Under the pieces are notes generated by a model. The model had not been told where the DNA came from. It made no database searches and saw only the letters and a list, made by a program, of their open reading frames with translations. A DNA stretch of 5,403 bases, the filler included, from Collodictyon triciliatum (Eukaryota): assembly GCA_043381765.1 (NCBI GenBank). It is 5 parts of 5 records of this genome, joined end to end, with 100 filler letters (N's around TTAATTAATTAA, not from the genome) between each part and the next. Parts side by side here need not be neighbours in the genome. Positions count along the whole stretch, not along the records: positions 1 to 1,000 come from JBHJMP010012793.1; positions 1,101 to 2,100 come from JBHJMP010012794.1; positions 2,201 to 3,200 come from JBHJMP010012795.1; positions 3,301 to 4,300 come from JBHJMP010012796.1; positions 4,401 to 5,403 come from JBHJMP010012966.1. One strand, 5' to 3'. The position numbers and the translations under genes were made by a program. Shown here piece by piece: positions 1-5,403 of the stretch (positions within the stretch are counted from its first letter, which is position 1; every line of letters begins with the position of its first letter).

Positions 1-74
<74 letters not shown>
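1..74. repeat. (ATT)n / (AAT)n trinucleotide microsatellite, 24 perfect copies, running to the window start
   Basis: Perfect ATT repeats at 1-72 plus AT, read directly. On the minus strand it begins at the TAA stop of the contig 1 gene. Confidence 0.98.
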
Positions 75-676
75 GGAGAGGGGGTGTTAGAAGATTTATC
101 GTACGATAATATTGCTTGATGATTGAATGCTGCCAGCCTCTTTTTGCTATTTTTATCAGATATGCTGGAGCGACGAGAAAGCCCAGGACGACTGCCTACG
201 GAGCTTGTGTGGCTTCGTGCAGAGTGAAGCTCATCCGGTGACTGAAATAATAATAAATATATGGTCATTTCAAAATAAAATGGCAGTAACTGATTCCTAT
301 GATAGAGACAGGTCTAAGAAATTCATCTTAATGGAATTATAGGCATTTGAGTGTGACCAAAACCTCATAAAATTTCTTACTGATGGAGAGTGTTTAATTG
401 CTTCTTTTCTTAGATGTGAAGCGCTAGTATCCTGCCAAATTCGATTCCATGTTTTCTTCTTCTCTTTTTTCCGTTTCTCCTATTTACATATAAATAAATA
501 TGTGTATATACATAAACTTCCACGGGGTATTATGCTGATATTGATCAGAGAGTATTCAATTTTTGTTTAGATGACGCTTGATGGGTAGGTACCACAAGAT
601 CGATGGGCAGCTTATAGTCCTTCGGAATCAAGCGCATATAACTTTGAGCTAACTTTGCGTAATCATCATCGGACAG
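71..676 (-). CDS. 3' part of a spliced eukaryotic gene, hypothetical protein; exons 676-593, 479-381, 241-71
   Basis: Manual splicing: acceptor ttttctttaaaaaag|676; intron 592-480 (GTACCT...aaatag, 113 nt); intron 380-242 (GTAAGA...ttattatttcag, 139 nt). All junctions are phase 0 and give LSDDDYAKLAQSYMRLIPKDYKLPIDLV|EKRKKEKKKTWNRIWQDTSASHLRKEAIKHSPS|SPDELHSARSHTSSVGSRPGLSRRSSISDKNSKKRLAAFNHQAILSYDKSSNTPSP*. No family recognised. The 676-593 exon is the least certain. Confidence 0.65.
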
Positions 677-896
677 CTTTTTTAAAGAAAAAATTATTAA
701 TAGTAAACAAAAACGATCGACCAATTTAATTGCATGAAAAAAAAACGAGAAAATGCGCTTAAGGGGGAATTTTTTATATGTGCCACAAGACTTTTACGAT
801 TAGAAAATATAGAGTGATTTACATGCGCGCTCAAAAATCGAATTGAAAAACATGTATTTTATGGTTTTTAAGAACGACTACGAATCATAAAGGTAA

Positions 897-1000
897 ATAC
901 ATACATACATACATACATACATACATACATACATACATACATACATACATACATACATACATACATACATACATACATACATACATACATACATACATAC
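897..1000. repeat. (ATAC)n tetranucleotide microsatellite, 26 perfect copies, running to the contig end
   Basis: Read directly. Probably intronic or upstream of the minus-strand gene. Confidence 0.98.
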
Positions 1001-1100
1001 NNNNNNNNNNNNNNNNNNNNNNNNNNNNNNNNNNNNNNNNNNNNTTAATTAATTAANNNNNNNNNNNNNNNNNNNNNNNNNNNNNNNNNNNNNNNNNNNN
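1001..1100. other. Artificial contig-joining spacer N44-TTAATTAATTAA-N44
   Basis: Identical 100-nt block at 1001, 2101, 3201 and 4301. The core at 1045-1056 is palindromic and gives TAA in all six frames. Confidence 0.98.
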
Positions 1101-1493
1101 CTTTTCTTTTTCCTTTCCTAGTCCAAAGAACCATTTCTCCATCTGCTCAAAGTCTCGCAAGTATCTCGCTTCCCATTTTTCGCGGTATTTGTGGATATCC
1201 GATGTTAGCTTCTCGGCAAGTTTATCTTCTAAGCTCGCCAGTTTTTCTTTTTGGGTACGTTTCCACCCCGATGGTCTACCGGCTGCTTTCAACAGAGCCT
1301 CTTTTTCCCTTTCAAGCTTCTTCCGCTCCTCTCCATCCTTATTTTTGAACCAGCTCGACTTTTGGATAAGAAGAATAGAGAGCTGCTTTTTGAATACAGG
1401 CCATTCCGCCTCGATGGGCGCATCACCTAGGGGTGTTGAAGTGCGCATTGTTGGGAGACTTTGCCAGCGTTTGCCGCGCGTGTGCCTATCCAT
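1101..1493 (-). mobile_element. Putative L1/Tx1-clade non-LTR retrotransposon ORF2 fragment (helical linker between AP endonuclease and RT), truncated by the contig end
   Basis: The peptide runs EWPVFKKQL, then a K/E/L coiled coil (EERKKLEREKEALL; KEKLASLEDKLAEKL), then REKWEARYLRDFEQMEKWFFGLGKEKEK. This matches by eye the Tx1/L1 linker pattern W..FK..I / coiled coil / ..ARWL..GE..TKFFF.LEK. No introns are evident and GC is higher than in contigs 1 and 3. No APE or RT catalytic motif is present. Confidence 0.55.
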
Positions 1494-1569
1494 AGCTCCC
1501 TATTGGTGATATTAAGCATTAGAGAGCGGTGATTTGGAAGGACTTGCGGAGTTCGTGCTTGTCTTCAGC

Positions 1570-2100
1570 TTACGGTGAGCGGAGTATGGGTGATGCCCAG
1601 TGTTTCTCCCCACCGTTGATGTTTTGACTATTTTTAGGGTGCCGGCGCGTATTTTTGTATCGAAAGAATTTGGAGTAGGCCATAGCCATCGAGGACTGCA
1701 TAGACTGCGCACCGTTAGATGAGCGTTCGTTCTTGAGGCGGAAAAAGAATAGCGACAGGATGTCGTATGAGATTGGTCTGCGTGAGCGCCATTTTCCTTT
1801 GTTATTCAGGACGGATGTGGTTGGCTGTGCATCTTGTGTGCGGAATGCGATGGAGCCTGGCGTTGTGATGTACGAGTCGTCTTCTTTGAATGATATTTCT
1901 CTGATGGTGGCCGCGTTGCCTTCGTGAATCTGTTTGATGATGCAGAAGCCTTTTTGGTTGTCCCAGCATATTTGCCCTGCTGCCAATGGCTCGTTCAGGG
2001 TTATTGTCATTTCGCAGTGAGTATACAGAATCTGCCAACGCGAGAGCAAAGGCTCGGGTGTGTTTGGAGGTGGTCGTGGGATTGTTCTTTGTTGCAACTG
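1570..2100 (-). CDS. 5'-partial ORF of unknown function, possibly part of the same degenerate element
   Basis: The frame is open from the contig edge at 2100 to TAA at 1570. The N-terminal ~120 aa look globular (LLSRWQILY...ICWDNQKGFCIIKQI...). No recognised motif. The TTG start in the ORF track is probably not a real start. Confidence 0.35.
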   Translation of the reverse strand, partial: QLQQRTIPRPPPNTPEPLLSRWQILYTHCEMTITLNEPLAAGQICWDNQKGFCIIKQIHEGNAATIREISFKEDDSYITTPGSIAFRTQDAQPTTSVLNNKGKWRSRRPISYDILSLFFFRLKNERSSNGAQSMQSSMAMAYSKFFRYKNTRRHPKNSQNINGGEKHWASPILRSP

Positions 2101-2200
2101 NNNNNNNNNNNNNNNNNNNNNNNNNNNNNNNNNNNNNNNNNNNNTTAATTAATTAANNNNNNNNNNNNNNNNNNNNNNNNNNNNNNNNNNNNNNNNNNNN
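2101..2200. other. Artificial contig-joining spacer
   Basis: N44-TTAATTAATTAA-N44, identical to the other spacers. Confidence 0.98.
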
Positions 2201-2364
2201 TTTGTTTGTTTGTTTGTTTATTTGTTTGTTTATTTGTTTGTTTATTTGTTTATTTGTTTGCTTATTTGTTTGTTTATTTGTTTGTTTATTTGTTTGTTTA
2301 TTTGTTTGTTTATTTGTTTGTTTATTTGTTTATTTGTTTATTTGTTTATTTATTTGTTTGTTTG
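2201..2364. repeat. Compound (TTTG/TTTA)n tetranucleotide microsatellite, 41 units, intronic in the LRR gene
   Basis: TTTR units with a dominant 12-bp TTTG-TTTG-TTTA pattern and one CTTA variant at 2261. On the minus strand it lies downstream of the GTAATT donor at 2432. Confidence 0.95.
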
Positions 2365-2432
2365 TTTTTAGTAGTATTTTTTTCTTTTGTTTAACGAAGA
2401 AGAGCTTAAAATTAAAACGTGCAGGTAATTAC

Positions 2433-3200
2433 CTGAAGGTCTAATTGAGAAACTCTGTTGTTCAGGGTGACGACTAGACTTAATGACGAGCAAACTGTGC
2501 ATGTTATAATTAAAATGAATTTATTAGTGGCTAAAAGTCATCATATCGATTTTTATTTATACATCCGTTTCATTCTTTGCAACTTAAGGAACTTTATAAT
2601 GTCATGCTGAAGAGCAACTCACAGCAATCAAATATTTTTATTAAAATGAAATAGTTCAATTATTCTTCTACCTAGCTTTGATGGTTTGTTATTTCCTAGG
2701 TAGAGTGCAGTAAGCGTGTTATTTCTATTACAATTATGGGTAATCAGGCGGTTTAAAAAAAAAAGAATGAGAGTATCTCTAATTCCGTGTGTATGAATGT
2801 ATTTCATGATTGATTGACTTAATGAAGACCTTTTCAGAGATTCAAGCAAAGCTATGAATCCATCGTCACGTATTTCGTTGCTCCGCAAGTTAATCTTCTT
2901 CAGTGATTTATTCACAGAAAGGCCGGCTATAAAAAGAAATATTTTGAATGACATCAGTGATTGCTTTAATATGTAACTTAGTCGAATGCCACATATATGC
3001 CTACCTGCTAAACTGCGTGCTCCTTCATCGGATATACTATGCATTTATACATAAAGTTACACATTACATTTAACTCTGGGAAGGAAATATTGAAATAGAT
3101 GTATGACCCTAAACATAAAGGAAACTTATTGTGCCCAGATCCAACAGATATTTACCCATTTGCTCCGATATCCAAGCTCGTTAGGGATTGATTCTTCATC
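2433..3200 (-). CDS. Internal fragment of a ribonuclease-inhibitor-like (RI/NLRC3-type, 28-aa) leucine-rich repeat protein; exons 3200-3156, 3036-3005, 2926-2830, 2724-2672, 2494-2433
   Basis: GT-AG introns at 3155-3037 (119 nt), 3004-2927 (78), 2829-2725 (105) and 2671-2495 (177), with the next donor at 2432. Spliced product: MK NQSLTSLDIGANGISDEGARSLAAGLSV NKSLKKINLRSNEIRDDGFIALLESLKR NNTLTALYLGNNKPSKLVCSSLSLVVTL NNRVSQLDLQ. This is three repeats of exactly 28 aa plus the start of a fourth, matching NxxLxxLxLxxNxIxxxGxxxLxxxL. Confidence 0.92.
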
Positions 3201-3300
3201 NNNNNNNNNNNNNNNNNNNNNNNNNNNNNNNNNNNNNNNNNNNNTTAATTAATTAANNNNNNNNNNNNNNNNNNNNNNNNNNNNNNNNNNNNNNNNNNNN
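3201..3300. other. Artificial contig-joining spacer
   Basis: N44-TTAATTAATTAA-N44, identical to the other spacers. Confidence 0.98.
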
Positions 3301-3558
3301 CGTTCTCAGGACTTTGCTCAGTTCAGTGGCAAAGTTCACACGGTTCTCTCTGCTGAGCTCAGGCCAATACCCACCTTGGAGGCGGACTATGCACTCGTCC
3401 GTGTAAAGGCCTTTCTTGGTCAAACTCTATTTTTTGAACGGGGCATTCGTTGCTTTCTTATGGATAGTATTTCGTTCTCTCGCGGCGCTACCGTCTGTGA
3501 TTGGAAATAAGCCAGTGCCTTCGTCGTCCACAACGGATGAGGCAGTCGGTTGTGGTTC
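3301..3558. CDS. Possible coding exon(s) of an unknown protein; strand unresolved
   Basis: GC-richer island in an AT-rich contig. Minus model: exon 3558-3492, intron 3491-3427 (GTAGCG...aaatag), exon 3426-3301, giving NHNRLPHPLWTTKALAYFQSQT|SLTKKGLYTDECIVRLQGGYWPELSRENRVNFATELSKVLRT. Plus alternative: open frame 3301-3510, RSQDFAQF...VCDWK*. No motif recognised in either. Confidence 0.3.
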
Positions 3559-4300
3559 CTTTGGAAATGGATCAAACAAAAGGACTATTGTGATTAAAGA
3601 AAACCTTATTATGTTAGAGGTAAGAGTGTTGAGTGGTGTTAAGGACTCAAAGAGCTTGAGGATTCATAACTGCGCCATAGATCTGATTAAGAAATAGAAC
3701 CTTGTTGTTGATAGTGTCTTACAAAAAAAAAATGCTTGATCTAAAAAAATCTGGTTGATGTCACAGTCCGTTGGATACGAGTAAAAGTGGAATTTATAAC
3801 ATTTTGGTTTTAATTAGTACATGCACCTTTCAAATACTACAAAATTTCATCAGCAGAACATCATATACACAAATCATAAGTGTACCATGAAACATCAGAG
3901 AAGCAAAGCTTGATATTTAAAATTGTAGGGTGTATAGCGTTTCATGTTGACATTTGCACAATTTATCTTACTGTTTAGCCTTTTCTGGATTTATTTATTT
4001 GAGGGAAGAAAGGGGGTTTGTGCGATGGTAAACTCCAGCTTTGTTACATCCCAACGCGTGAATGGACTTGGGTCTCGCATCATTGCCAACATGCCATTTT
4101 TTATTATTTTTTTGTTAAAGGGCGAGCTGGACATACTTAAGCCCAAAGGTTATGAGGGAACAAAAAAGAGGAAAAAGTAATGAATTGAGCAAAACCTTGA
4201 CGCTGAACCCAACGAAGAAAATCATATTTAACCATGACGAAGTATGAAATGAAGCAATAGCGAGAGATTAGGAAGTAAAAATCTACAAAAGTACAAGGAA

Positions 4301-4400
4301 NNNNNNNNNNNNNNNNNNNNNNNNNNNNNNNNNNNNNNNNNNNNTTAATTAATTAANNNNNNNNNNNNNNNNNNNNNNNNNNNNNNNNNNNNNNNNNNNN
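4301..4400. other. Artificial contig-joining spacer
   Basis: N44-TTAATTAATTAA-N44, identical to the other spacers. Confidence 0.98.
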
Positions 4401-5402
4401 CAGTATATCAATAAGCGCACTAGTGTCAGAAGTTAAATCGACATATTCAATGCCCATTTTTCTTAGAGCTATATCAAAAGTTTCTTGAGAATTAATATTA
4501 TATTCATTGGCTCCTGCTGGATTAGCTCCTTCAATCCATCTGGATATTTTTCTAGCAAAGCGTGACTGATTGCCATATTCACGGTTGTCCGACACTTGAG
4601 GGCGCATAGTGTTAAATATTGCCATTTGACTACCGCGTCCACCTCCACCGCCAGGAGGGCCGCCACCAGGAGGGCCGCCTGCTCCAGGACCAAATATTGG
4701 AACTGCCCCCATAACAGGACTAGCAGTAGCTGCTTGCATTGATTGTCTTCTATTTGCTGCCATATTATTACCGGGAAAAATATTTCTTGGTACCACATCG
4801 CCTGCAGCTTGGAAAATGGCAGCGCCGGCGTTAGCTGCAGCTTGTAAAAAGCCAGCACCAGCATTAAAAACAGCCCCAGCCATTGCTCGTGCTGCAGCCA
4901 AATTTCCAGGAACAACTGGAGACAAAGGTGGCAGACCAGGGGGTGTTGGTTGACGTCGACGCACAGCGGGACTTTGAAAAGGTACCATAGCTGCTTGGCG
5001 AGGAGGGCTAGTAGCTAATTGTTGTATTCTAGGGTTTGCTTGCAAGTTTTGAGGTGCAACCGGAGGCAAAGCTTGGAAATCATCAACAAATTGCCAAGGA
5101 CCATGCACCATAAAAGGACTAGGAGGGGGTCCAGGGGTAGCTTGTCTCACAGCAATTTGTCGTTGTGCACTTTGGGGAGTATCCTCGCGAGGGCCTTTTG
5201 CTACTGGTGTCCCCAGCTCACCTGTGGGAACTGCAGGGAACGCAGCATTATAATAAAAAGTAGCTGTATCAGCAAGTTGTTCTCCTCGGGCTTGTAAATC
5301 GGCTGCAAATCTTTTTAGATCATCTATTGTTTGAGCTTGTTCAATAACAAGCGGATTTTCAAGATTCAATAGTGCATTTAAATCATTAACCTGTTCTTTA
5401 AG
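4401..5402 (-). CDS. Hypothetical protein, partial at both ends: helical N-part, Pro/Ala/Gln-rich disordered linker, Gly/Pro box, start of a globular domain; possibly Gag-like or viral
   Basis: One frame is open across the whole visible contig (334 codons). It continues upstream of the ORF track's TTG as LKEQVNDLNAL. Third positions of Pro/Ala/Gly codons look A/T-biased, consistent with real coding. Coding status is well supported; the function is not. Confidence 0.85.
4651..4680 (-). repeat. 15-bp tandem duplication encoding GGPPG twice
   Basis: ccaggagggccgcca / ccaggagggccgcct on the plus strand; the protein reads GGPPGGGPPGGGGG. Confidence 0.85.
4800..4865 (-). repeat. 33-bp imperfect tandem duplication encoding an 11-aa repeat
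   Basis: Units 4800-4832 and 4833-4865 are 25/33 identical and encode NAGAGFLQAAA / NAGAAIFQAAG. Confidence 0.8.
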
Positions 5403-5403
5403 A

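Noticed and set aside
127..342. Plus-strand 71-aa ORF
   Set aside because: It is antisense to a better-supported spliced minus-strand gene and has no motif.
1..1000. Terminal (ATT)n and (ATAC)n as telomeres of a gene-sized nanochromosome
   Set aside because: The two ends carry different motifs that are not reverse complements and lack G-rich telomere character. They are ordinary microsatellites at assembly breaks.
1189..2148. Plus-strand ORFs 1189-1509, 1733-1927, 1924-2148 and minus-strand 1802-2038
   Set aside because: They are shadow frames of the longer minus-strand ORFs with no recognisable motif.
2202..2444. Hydrophobic ORFs MFVCLFICLF... and MFVCLFVYLF... as membrane peptides
   Set aside because: They are translations of the TTTG/TTTA microsatellite, antisense to an LRR gene intron.
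2628..3044. 138-aa ORF as a complete protein
   Set aside because: It reads through two in-frame introns, and its ATG and stop lie inside other introns. The spliced model restores the 28-aa LRR period.
3944..4180. 78-aa plus-strand ORF with hydrophobic stretches
   Set aside because: The hydrophobicity comes from T-rich, intron-like sequence, and there is no other support for coding.
1045..4356. Regularly spaced palindromic TTAATTAATTAA as a CRISPR-like repeat, piggyBac TTAA site or other biological array
   Set aside because: It always sits between 44 Ns on each side at a fixed 1100-nt period. It is a synthetic six-frame stop linker.
4469..5297. Overlapping ORFs 4469-4915 (minus) and 5019-5297 (plus) as overprinted genes
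   Set aside because: They are expected by-products of the GCN/CCN/GGN-rich, A/T-ending codon usage of the main frame, with no independent evidence.
1101..5403. LRR protein plus retroelement plus Gag-like ORF as a linked immune or diversification system
   Set aside because: The pieces lie on separate contigs joined artificially, so there is no evidence of physical linkage.

Overview
This window is not contiguous DNA. It is five short contigs (1-1000, 1101-2100, 2201-3200, 3301-4300, 4401-5403) joined by an artificial 100-nt spacer, N44-TTAATTAATTAA-N44, which has stops in all six frames. No gene neighbourhood or multi-gene system can be inferred across the spacers. Contigs 1 and 3 are clearly eukaryotic, with short GT-AG introns and microsatellites. 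Contig 1 holds the last three exons of an unknown minus-strand gene between (ATT)n and (ATAC)n tracts. Contig 2 appears to be a degenerate L1/Tx1-like non-LTR retrotransposon fragment (endonuclease-RT linker). Contig 3 holds five small exons of a ribonuclease-inhibitor-like LRR gene; splicing restores an exact 28-aa period. Contig 4 has only tentative coding signal. Contig 5 is one uninterrupted 334-codon minus-strand frame (Pro/Ala/Gly-rich, possibly Gag-like or viral). I found no supportable new biological system; the best leads are the contig 5 protein, the contig 2 retroelement fragment and splice features in contigs 1 and 3.
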